A stretch of 9,229 nt of DNA from Candidatus Saccharimonadota bacterium (GCF_012571345.1 NZ_CP046218.1:412933-422161); one strand, 5' to 3'; counted from the first letter of the stretch, positions 1-7,057 are shown. The notes: generated from the sequence alone by a model not told the origin. Made by a program: numbers and translations.

Positions 1-88
1 TAATCCATTTTTATATAAGATAATTTTTAAAAATAAATTTCTAGTTTATAAATAAATATATTTTACATATTAATATCACAAATTGTTT

Positions 89-97
89 TGTGTATAC
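89..97 (-). promoter_or_regulatory. DnaA-box-like 9-mer (minus strand GTATACACA, 8/9 to TTATNCACA); shares the core TTGTGTATA with the box at nrdA
   Basis: The plus strand reads TGTGTATAC at 89-97. TTGTGTATA at 88-96 is identical to 1122-1130. Three G in a context of about 11% G+C makes a chance repeat unlikely. Confidence 0.25.
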
Positions 98-542
98 TGT
101 TTTTATGGTACGTGAAAAATAATGTACATTTTCATTATACTGCTAATTTTAAGAAATATAAACATAACTGATAATAGTTATATATTATATATAACTAGAT
201 CTAAAATTTATGATATATTCCTAAATAAAGAATGTTTAATAAATTTATTTAAAATAATTATTCAAAATATCTTTAGTGCTGTACAGAAATTATCGTTTAA
301 ATGTATTAAAAATATAAATATATTAATTATATATGAAAATAATATTAAATATTAATTATTAGAATAATAAAATGAACAATATTATAGTAAAAATTAAATT
401 GTTATCATTAATTTTACTTATTAAAAACAATCCATGTTAAATGTATTAAAATAATAAATTAATTTGTAATACAAAATTATAATTTTAAAAAATTATTTTA
501 AATATATTAAATTAATTAAAATGTTTATTTCGTATAAAAAGA

Positions 543-569
543 TAAATTTGAATACTATTTTCAAATTTA
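543..569. repeat. Perfect 10-bp inverted repeat with a 7-nt spacer (TAAATTTGAA tactatt TTCAAATTTA); function unknown
   Basis: Read directly: 543-552 is the reverse complement of 560-569. AT-only palindromes of this size are expected occasionally by chance in such DNA. Confidence 0.4.
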
Positions 570-1108
570 AATTATAATTTAAGTAATTTTTTATAAATTA
601 TGTATGAATTTATTAATAATAATGTTATAACTTATTTGCAATAATTATTTTAATAAATATTTAAATAAAAAATGATAATGTAAAATATTTTTAGTATATT
701 ATTTATTTTATTTATAAAAATAAAACCTTTTTTACATACAAATAAAATATTACTTGATATGTTATAAAAAATATTTATTTGGAAAATACTATTTTAGCTT
801 TAATAAATAAAACTATATTTATAAAAATTTTATTTATTAAATAATTTTTTTAATAAAAATATATTTTATAAATCGCTATATATTTCTTTAACAAAATATA
901 ACTATATGATTATTGCAATTACATTATAATATATATTTTATTTATATAATAAAAATACATATTTTTTTATTTCTATATATGAGAACAGATATCTTAATAC
1001 TAATATTAGTAAACAATTAATAAATTATATATGTAATACAGTAAAATTAGTTACTCTAAAATAAGATAATAATTTTTAAATACAGTATAAAAATATATTT
1101 TTATTCAT

Positions 1109-1124
1109 CAATATTTGAATATTG
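1109..1124. promoter_or_regulatory. 16-bp near-perfect palindrome CAATATTTGAATATTG (7-bp arms, 2-nt centre) overlapping the candidate -35 of nrdA; possible operator
   Basis: Read directly: positions 1109-1115 pair with 1118-1124. It lies 48-63 nt upstream of the nrdA ATG. Its right side, ATATTGTGT, matches the right half of the NrdR-box consensus (acaCwAtATaTwGtgt), but the left half does not match. Confidence 0.3.
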
Positions 1125-1143
1125 TGTATAACAAAAATATTAT
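1115..1143 (+). promoter_or_regulatory. Candidate sigma70 promoter of nrdAB: -35 TTGAAT (1115-1120), 17-nt spacer, -10 TATTAT (1138-1143)
   Basis: The hexamers match consensus 5/6 (TTGACA) and 5/6 (TATAAT) at optimal 17-nt spacing. The promoter ends 28 nt before the ATG, and the Shine-Dalgarno-like AGGT at 1161-1164 sits downstream of it. AT-rich DNA produces many -10-like hexamers, so this is only a candidate. Confidence 0.35.
1123..1131 (-). promoter_or_regulatory. Perfect match to the DnaA-box consensus TTATNCACA (minus strand TTATACACA) within the nrdA promoter spacer
   Basis: The plus strand reads TGTGTATAA at 1123-1131, whose reverse complement is TTATACACA (9/9). E. coli nrdAB is known to carry DnaA boxes at its promoter and to be regulated by DnaA. 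Confidence 0.35.
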
Positions 1144-1171
1144 TTTAATAAATTTTATATAGGTATTTAAT

Positions 1172-3460
1172 ATGCATAATCAGATATATGTAATTAAAAG
1201 AAATAATCGTCCAGAAATTTTTAATTGGAATAAAATATATATAACATTATCTCGCGCTATGACAGAATTAACAAATATATCTATAGATAAAATTAAAAAA
1301 CAATTTTTTTTACATTTTTATAATAATATGCATAGCGCAATTATACAAGAAACTTTAATAAAAATTACAGCAGATTTTATTACAAAAAAAAATCCTGATT
1401 ATCAATATATGGCTGCAAGATTAAATATTTTTAATTTAAGGAAAAAAGCATATGGAAAGTTTTTACCACCAAAATTATATCAACATGTTAAATATATGGT
1501 TAATTTACATAAATATGATCCTATGTTATTAACATGTTTTTCTAAAAAAGAATTTCAATATATGGATGATAATATTATTCAACATGATCGTGATATGTTA
1601 TTTACATATGTAGCAGTAAAACAATTAGAAAGTAAATATTTAGTACAAAATAGAATTACAGGTAAAATATATGAAAGTGCACAATTTCTTTATATACTCA
1701 TTTCTGCATGTTTATTTGCTAAATATAATACTGATATAAGAATGGAATATATTAAAAATTTTTATCATGCTATTTCAACATTTAAAATTTCTTTGCCTAC
1801 TCCTATTATGTCTGGCGTACGTACATTAACTAAACAATTTAGTTCTTGTATTTTAATTGAATGTGGTGATAGTATTAATTCTATTAATGCTACTACAAGT
1901 ACTATTTTAAAATATGTTTCACAAAAAGCAGGTATAGGTATTAATGCTGGTCGTATTCGTGCTGTTGGCAGTCCTATCAGAAATGGTGAAGCTTTTCATA
2001 CTGGATGCATACCATTTTATAAACATTTTCAAACAGCTATTAAATCTTGTTCACAAGGTGGTGTTAGAGGAGGCGCAGGAACATTATTTTATCCATTATG
2101 GCATTATGAAATTAATAATTTACTAGTTTTAAAAAATAATAAAGGTATAGATGCTAATAGAATTAGACATCTTGATTATGGTGTGCAAATTAATAAATTA
2201 TTATATCAACGTTTAATTAACGGCATCAATATTACGTTATTTAGTCCTTCTGATGTACCTGGATTATATGAAGCTTTTTTTGCAGATCAAGAAAAATTTT
2301 CATTTTTATATCATTACTATGAAAATAATAATGATATTAGAAAAAAAAGTGTGGATGCAACTAGTTTATTTTCTTTAATGATGCGCGAAAGAACTGCTAC
2401 TGGAAGAATTTATATACAAAATGTAGATCATTGTAATAATCATTCTGCATTTAATGCTGCAATATCTCCAATAAAACAATCTAATTTATGTTTAGAAATA
2501 ACTTTACCAACAAAAATACTAAACGATATTAATGATCCTAATGGCGAAATTGGTATATGTACATTAGCTGCATTTAATTTAGGAGCAATAAAACAATTAA
2601 AAGAACTAAAAGATTTATCTAATTTATTAGTAAGAGCTTTAAATAATTTACTAGATTATCAGCAATATTTAATAAAAGCTGCGGAAAAATCAGCTTTAGG
2701 ACGCAGACCTTTAGGTATTGGAGTCATTAATTTTGCATATTATTTAGCTAAAAATAATGTTCGTTACTCTGATAATAGCGCTAATAATTTAACTCATAAA
2801 ACTTTTGAAGCAATACAATATTATTTATTATGTGCATCTAATGATTTAGCTAAAGAAGAAGGAGCATGTCCATTATTTAAAGAAACTAATTATTCTAATG
2901 GAATATTACCAATTGATACTTATAAGAAAGATGTTGATGTATTACATTCAGAACCATTACATTATAAATGGGAAGCATTAAGAAAAAAAATTATTAAATA
3001 TGGTTTACGTAATTCCACATTAACTGCATTAATGCCATCAGAAACTTCTTCCCAAATATCTAATGCAACTAATGGTATTGAACCTCCTAGAGGTTTAATT
3101 AGTATTAAAACATCTAAACATGGTACTTATAAACAAGTAGTTCCTGAATACCATTTGTTAAAAAATAAATATGAATTAATCTGGGACATGCCTAATAATT
3201 ATGGCTATCTGCATCTTATTAGTTTAATGCAAAAGTTTATTGATCAATCTATTTCAACTAATTTAAATTATGATCCTAAACGTTTTAAAAATAATAAAAT
3301 TACGATGCAACAACTTTTAAAAGATATATTGATAGCTTATAAATTAGGTATAAAAACTTTATATTATCAAAATACTAGAGATGGGGCAAAAGATGTACAA
3401 AATAAAGATGTTATATTAGAAAACAAACATCATTGTATTAATGATACATGTATTATGTAA
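1172..3460 (+). CDS. nrdA: Ribonucleoside-diphosphate reductase class Ia, alpha subunit (NrdA/R1), 762 aa
   Basis: Collinear over its full length with E. coli NrdA (761 aa) as I recall it. Conserved motifs include KISLPTPIMSGVRT, FSSCILIECG (C225), SNLCLEI (N437/C439/E441), ICTLAAFN (C462), LMPSETSSQISNATNGIEPP and TLYYQNTRDG (Y730/Y731). The C-terminal redox pair is present as CINDTCIM. An ATP-cone N-terminus is present. AGGT lies 7 nt upstream of the ATG. Confidence 0.97.
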   Translation: MHNQIYVIKRNNRPEIFNWNKIYITLSRAMTELTNISIDKIKKQFFLHFYNNMHSAIIQETLIKITADFITKKNPDYQYMAARLNIFNLRKKAYGKFLPPKLYQHVKYMVNLHKYDPMLLTCFSKKEFQYMDDNIIQHDRDMLFTYVAVKQLESKYLVQNRITGKIYESAQFLYILISACLFAKYNTDIRMEYIKNFYHAISTFKISLPTPIMSGVRTLTKQFSSCILIECGDSINSINATTSTILKYVSQKAGIGINAGRIRAVGSPIRNGEAFHTGCIPFYKHFQTAIKSCSQGGVRGGAGTLFYPLWHYEINNLLVLKNNKGIDANRIRHLDYGVQINKLLYQRLINGINITLFSPSDVPGLYEAFFADQEKFSFLYHYYENNNDIRKKSVDATSLFSLMMRERTATGRIYIQNVDHCNNHSAFNAAISPIKQSNLCLEITLPTKILNDINDPNGEIGICTLAAFNLGAIKQLKELKDLSNLLVRALNNLLDYQQYLIKAAEKSALGRRPLGIGVINFAYYLAKNNVRYSDNSANNLTHKTFEAIQYYLLCASNDLAKEEGACPLFKETNYSNGILPIDTYKKDVDVLHSEPLHYKWEALRKKIIKYGLRNSTLTALMPSETSSQISNATNGIEPPRGLISIKTSKHGTYKQVVPEYHLLKNKYELIWDMPNNYGYLHLISLMQKFIDQSISTNLNYDPKRFKNNKITMQQLLKDILIAYKLGIKTLYYQNTRDGAKDVQNKDVILENKHHCINDTCIM

Positions 3461-3503
3461 TATATAAGAAGTATTTTATTATTAAACTTTTTTGGATATA
3501 ATT

Positions 3504-4634
3504 ATGAGCTATACCACTTTTTCTAATAAAAAAAATAATCAATTAAATGAACCTATGTTTTTTGGGCAAACAGTAAATATAGCACGTTACGATCAACAAA
3601 AACATTATATTTTTGAACAATTAATTGAAAAACAATTAAGTTTTTTTTGGAGACCTGAAGAAGTAGATATTTCATATGATAAGATACATTATGCTAATTT
3701 ACCTGCATATGAAAAACATATATTTATTAGTAATTTAAAATATCAAACATTATTAGATTCTATACAAGGAAGAAGTCCAAATATAGCATTATTACCTTTA
3801 GTTTCTATACCTGAATTAGAAACGTGGATAGAAACATGGTCATTTTTTGAAACTATACATTCTAGATCTTATACATATATTATTAGAAATATTATTAATG
3901 AACCATCATCAATATTTGAAGATATTATAACAAATAAAAATATTATTTTACGTGCACAAGATATAATTAAATATTATGATGAATTAATAAATTCAACTTA
4001 CTATTGGCATATGTTAGGACAAGGTGTACATTATATAAATAATAAAAAAATTATTGTAGATTTATATCATTTAAAGAAAAAATTATATTTATGTTTAATG
4101 AATATTAATATTTTAGAAGCAATTAGATTTTATGTTAGTTTTGCATGTTCTTTTGCTTTCGCAGAACAAAAATTAATGGAAGGTAATGCTAAAATTATTA
4201 GATTAATTGCACGTGATGAATATTTACATTTATTAGGAACACAATATATTTTAAATATCATGCATAAAGGTTTAGAAGATAAAGACATGATAGATATTAC
4301 ACAAGAATGCCAAAAACAATGTTATCATTTATTTTTGGATGCTGTGAAACAAGAACAAGAATGGGCGCAATATTTATTTCAAGATTATTCAATAATTGGA
4401 TTAAATAAAAATATATTATGTCAATATATTGAATATATTACTAATATTAGAATGAAAAATATTGGGTTCGGTACTCCGTTTAATATATCTAAAAATCCTA
4501 TTCCATGGATTAATTCATGGTTAATTTCAGACAATGTGCAAATGGCACCTCAAGAAGTTGAAATTAGTTCATATTTAACAGGGCAAATTGATGCTACTGT
4601 AACAATTAAAGATTTTCAAAATTTTAAATTATAA
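3504..4634 (+). CDS. nrdB: Ribonucleoside-diphosphate reductase class Ia, beta subunit (NrdB/R2), 376 aa from the ATG at 3504
   Basis: MSYTTFS... aligns with the E. coli NrdB N-terminus MAYTTFS. Iron and radical residues are conserved: [10 protein letters not shown] (D84), [13 protein letters not shown] (E115/H118/Y122), [14 protein letters not shown] (E204) and ARDEYLHL (E238/H241). FFWRPEE (W48) and the C-terminal SSYLTGQID (Y356) are also present. The ORF track begins at TTG 3492; I prefer ATG 3504 on homology. Confidence 0.95.
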   Translation: MSYTTFSNKKNNQLNEPMFFGQTVNIARYDQQKHYIFEQLIEKQLSFFWRPEEVDISYDKIHYANLPAYEKHIFISNLKYQTLLDSIQGRSPNIALLPLVSIPELETWIETWSFFETIHSRSYTYIIRNIINEPSSIFEDIITNKNIILRAQDIIKYYDELINSTYYWHMLGQGVHYINNKKIIVDLYHLKKKLYLCLMNINILEAIRFYVSFACSFAFAEQKLMEGNAKIIRLIARDEYLHLLGTQYILNIMHKGLEDKDMIDITQECQKQCYHLFLDAVKQEQEWAQYLFQDYSIIGLNKNILCQYIEYITNIRMKNIGFGTPFNISKNPIPWINSWLISDNVQMAPQEVEISSYLTGQIDATVTIKDFQNFKL

Positions 4635-4645
4635 ATAAATAATTT

Positions 4646-4674
4646 TGACTGTTATATGTTATAAATAACAGTCA
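4646..4674. terminator. Hairpin between the convergent nrdB and antiporter genes; candidate bidirectional intrinsic terminator
   Basis: A 10-bp perfect stem, TGACTGTTAT (4646-4655) paired with ATAACAGTCA (4665-4674), encloses a 9-nt loop. The stem holds three G:C pairs. It sits in the 55-nt gap between the two stop codons. The flanking U-tracts are weak on both strands, so its efficiency is uncertain. Confidence 0.5.
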
Positions 4675-4689
4675 TTGACTATTTAATGT

Positions 4690-6099
4690 TTATATAACTA
4701 AAGAAATTAAAGAAAATATAGATCCTAAAAATAATATTATAAATAATATTTTTTCTTTTTTAGAAAAAATAAGCATATTACTATAATATATTTTAGTTAT
4801 TATTATTAATAATAATCCTGGTAAATATAAGATTAATGATAATAATAAATGTGTTATTCCAGCAGCATACAATAACCATAAACCATACAGACAAGATCCT
4901 GTGGCGACAAAAAAATTTTTTATGTTAAGATTCTTATCTTTTAAAGATATTTTCAATAAATATGCGCCTACTAAAAAATATGGTATTAATATCATCTCAG
5001 ATGCTAATGTTAGTAAATAATTATAATCTATATGTGTTAACCAAATTAATATTAAAAATATTTGCATGCTAAGATTTGTTAGCCATAATGAATATATGGG
5101 TATATGTTTTTTATTTTGTTTGGCAAGTATTGGAGGAAACATTTTATATCGTGCTGCTATTAAAGGTACTTCTGCAGCCATAATAGTCCAACTTAAATAA
5201 GCTCCACATACGGATATAATTAATCCTAATATAATGAAAATATAACCTATATCACCAATAAATAATTGCATTAATCCAGCCATAGAAGGATTTCTCATAT
5301 GAGATAAAGCTAATCTTGGTAATATACCCAAAGATAATACAGTTGTTAATAAATATATACATAAAGCTATTATAATAGCTAGTAATGTTGCTTTTTGTAT
5401 GTCTTCTTGTTTTTTTGCACGTGAAGATAATATAATTGCTCCTTCAACACCAATAAATACCCATAAAGTAATTAACATGGTATTTTTAATTTGTGTAATA
5501 ATTGGTAAGTCTAAATCTAAACCGATTAGATCTGTAGTAAATATTTTATAACGAAATAACATAATTGCAAAAATCATAAAAACACTTAAAGGTAATAGTT
5601 TGCATATAGTTGTAATTAAATTAATAACAGCAGCTGTTTGTGTACCCTGTAATAATAAAATATGTATTAACCATAATAAAATTGATGAACTTAATAGTGC
5701 TTGCCAAGTATTTCCGTTACCAAAAATTATATGTTTATGATCAGTAAAAAAACTTAAAGATGCAAAAACAATTACTAAATAAGAAACATTAGCAATCACT
5801 GCACATAACCAATATCCCCAGGCAGAACAAAAACCTATTAATTCTCCAAAACCATCTCTAGCATAAGAAAAAATGCCTCCCTGTAAATGAGGTTTTAACT
5901 TATGTAATAATAACATGGATGTTGCTAAAAATAATATTCCTATACCAGTAATTAGCCAACCTATTATTAAAGCTATTGGGCTAGCGACATAAGCCATATT
6001 TTGTGGTAAACTAAAAATACCAGCACCTAACATAGAACTTATTACTAATGATGTTAATGATATTAAATTTAACTTTTTATTCAAAATAATTCCTTTCAT
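4690..6099 (-). CDS. ydgI: APC-superfamily basic amino acid/polyamine antiporter, YdgI/ArcD-like (putative arginine:ornithine antiporter), 469 aa
   Basis: Strong collinear similarity to E. coli YdgI as I recall it. Shared segments include SSMLGAGIFSLPQNMA, GGIFSYARDGFGELIGFCSAWGYWLCAVIANVSYLVIVF, NTMLITLWVFIGVEGA, IRNPSMAGLM, VCGAYLSWTIMAAEVP and SLWLTN. The hydrophobicity pattern is consistent with about 12-13 TM segments. Substrate cannot be determined from sequence. Confidence 0.85.
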   Translation of the reverse strand: MKGIILNKKLNLISLTSLVISSMLGAGIFSLPQNMAYVASPIALIIGWLITGIGILFLATSMLLLHKLKPHLQGGIFSYARDGFGELIGFCSAWGYWLCAVIANVSYLVIVFASLSFFTDHKHIIFGNGNTWQALLSSSILLWLIHILLLQGTQTAAVINLITTICKLLPLSVFMIFAIMLFRYKIFTTDLIGLDLDLPIITQIKNTMLITLWVFIGVEGAIILSSRAKKQEDIQKATLLAIIIALCIYLLTTVLSLGILPRLALSHMRNPSMAGLMQLFIGDIGYIFIILGLIISVCGAYLSWTIMAAEVPLIAARYKMFPPILAKQNKKHIPIYSLWLTNLSMQIFLILIWLTHIDYNYLLTLASEMILIPYFLVGAYLLKISLKDKNLNIKNFFVATGSCLYGLWLLYAAGITHLLLSLILYLPGLLLIIITKIYYSNMLIFSKKEKILFIILFLGSIFSLISLVI

Positions 6100-6126
6100 A
6101 TTTTAGTAAAATAATATTTTTAATAA

Positions 6127-6873
6127 TTAAATTGGATTATTTATATCAATAAAATTTATATTAAGTTTATATTTTTTTTGCAACCATTCCCCTAACATGA
6201 TTATTCCTCCTTTTTCGGTAGCATGATGTCCTGCAGAGATGAAATGTACGCCATATTCTTTTGCGGTATGTAAATTCATTTCAGAAACTTCTCCTGTAAG
6301 AAAAACATCTACACCAAAATATGCAGCTTCTTCAAAAAATTTTTGTCCTGCACCACTACACCATGCTATAGTTTTAATATTTTCTTTCGCATTAAAATTT
6401 AAATGTAACGGAATACGATGTAATTTTTTTGTAATTTTTTGAATAAAATCATTTATATGCATATGTTTTTCTAAACAACCATATAATACAAAAGGATTAA
6501 TATTACCAATAATATTTATATCTAATATTTTAGATAAGTAAAAATTATTACTGATACTTGGATTAATATCTAAAGGCAAATGCCAGCTATATAAATTAAT
6601 ATTATTTTTTAGTAACGCATATAATCTATTTTTTTGCATACCTTTAATAATAAAAGTATTATTTTTCCAAAAAAGACCATGATGCACAATAATGGCTTCT
6701 ATTTGTGATGTAAGAGCTATATTTAATAAATCTTGACATATGCTTACTCCAGTAATAATATTTTTGATATATTTTGTTCCTTCTACTTGTAAACCATTAC
6801 ATGCATAATCTTGTATATTGGTAAAATTTAATTTTTTATTAATGTTATTTTCTAGTTCAATATTATTTATCAT
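6127..6873 (-). CDS. ybgI: Nif3-family metal-binding protein YbgI (GTP cyclohydrolase 1 type 2 homologue), 248 aa
   Basis: Collinear with E. coli YbgI: NGLQVEG, IIVHHGLFW (His pair), LYSWHLPLD, FLTGEVSE and SAGHHATEKGG (His pair plus Glu metal ligands). It ends 27 nt upstream of the antiporter gene on the same strand. Confidence 0.92.
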   Translation of the reverse strand: MINNIELENNINKKLNFTNIQDYACNGLQVEGTKYIKNIITGVSICQDLLNIALTSQIEAIIVHHGLFWKNNTFIIKGMQKNRLYALLKNNINLYSWHLPLDINPSISNNFYLSKILDINIIGNINPFVLYGCLEKHMHINDFIQKITKKLHRIPLHLNFNAKENIKTIAWCSGAGQKFFEEAAYFGVDVFLTGEVSEMNLHTAKEYGVHFISAGHHATEKGGIIMLGEWLQKKYKLNINFIDINNPI

Positions 6874-6912
6874 TTTATTTTTTTAAAATTTCTATATAAT
6901 GTATTATTTATA

Positions 6913-6943
6913 AATAGATTATATATTCACAATATAATCTATT
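6913..6943. repeat. Perfect 12-bp inverted repeat with a 7-nt spacer in the ybgI/ffh divergent promoter region; the spacer carries a DnaA-box-like ATATTCACA (8/9)
   Basis: Read directly: AATAGATTATAT (6913-6924) is the reverse complement of ATATAATCTATT (6932-6943). Positions 6923-6931, ATATTCACA, match TTATNCACA at 8/9. The repeat lies 40-70 nt upstream of the ybgI start. Confidence 0.4.
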
Positions 6944-7057
6944 ATATGCTATATGTTTTTGTAACATAATAGACAAAAAATAAATAGTACCTTTTTATTT
7001 TTATAAAAGATATCTATTATTTTATAACGTTATTTTTTATATACCATAGGAATTACA

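Larger units (their letters stand above)
1..1171. other. Long non-coding, extremely AT-rich intergenic spacer upstream of nrdA; possibly an eroded pseudogene remnant and/or regulatory DNA
   Basis: The only ORF of 60 aa or more is a low-complexity 77-aa ORF (122-355) with no recognisable family. My hand count is about 130 G+C in 1171 nt (about 11%). Stops are frequent in all six frames. Every other intergenic gap in the window is 2-184 nt. Confidence 0.7.

Noticed and set aside
1-8. Possible minus-strand start codon at the left edge (reverse complement of TAATCCAT is ATGGATTA), suggesting a divergent gene leaving the window
   Set aside because: Only 8 nt are visible, which cannot support any call. 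It is mentioned only as context for the left TTGTGTATA motif.
122-355. 77-aa ORF in the spacer (MYIFIILLILRNINIT...)
   Set aside because: It has a low-complexity Ile/Asn/Lys/Leu composition of the kind random AT-rich DNA produces. It has no convincing Shine-Dalgarno and no family I recognise. Its left part does overlap the slightly G+C-richer zone (61-300), so it is covered by the spacer finding rather than called as a gene.
297-451. 15-nt direct repeat TTAAATGTATTAAAA at 297-311 and 437-451
   Set aside because: In DNA of about 11% G+C, I expect on the order of one 15-nt exact repeat per 1.2 kb by chance (about 0.4^15 x 7e5 pairs). There is no tandem or array structure.
15-1080. ATAAGATAA(TAA)TTTTTAAA near both ends of the spacer (15-31 and 1061-1080), reminiscent of flanking direct repeats of an inserted or excised element
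   Set aside because: It needs a 3-nt indel, has low complexity, and has a chance expectation of about one. No transposase, integrase, inverted terminal repeats or tRNA attachment site is present.
1082-1127. Tandem NrdR boxes upstream of nrdA (ACAGTATA at 1082-1089, ATATTGTGT at 1119-1127; AATACAGTA repeated at 1035-1043 and 1079-1087)
   Set aside because: Only half-sites match the 16-bp NrdR consensus, and no complete palindromic box can be assembled. I keep it only as a note under the nrdA promoter finding. The presence of nrdR in the genome is unknown.
1-1171. The spacer as a replication origin (long AT-rich region with DnaA-like boxes)
   Set aside because: There are only two DnaA-like boxes, about 1 kb apart. 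I found essentially one GATC (198-201) and no cluster of boxes or 13-mer-like repeats. The flanking genes are not those of enterobacterial oriC (gidA/mioC). A whole-genome GC-skew analysis would be needed to revisit this.
1944-2126. 60-aa ORF in an alternative plus-strand frame inside nrdA
   Set aside because: It is nested in the most conserved, most G+C-rich part of nrdA (GIGINAGRIR...GGVRGGA), where alternative frames stay open by chance. It has no independent signals.
3492-3503. TTG start for nrdB as given in the ORF track ([10 protein letters not shown]...)
   Set aside because: E. coli NrdB begins MAYTTFS. The ATG at 3504 gives MSYTTFS with the same N-terminus and a GGA 8 nt upstream. 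The extra four codons are probably not translated.
6239-6442. 67-aa ORF antisense to ybgI
   Set aside because: It lies entirely within the well-supported ybgI CDS on the opposite strand. It has no start context and no recognisable similarity, so it is a typical shadow ORF.
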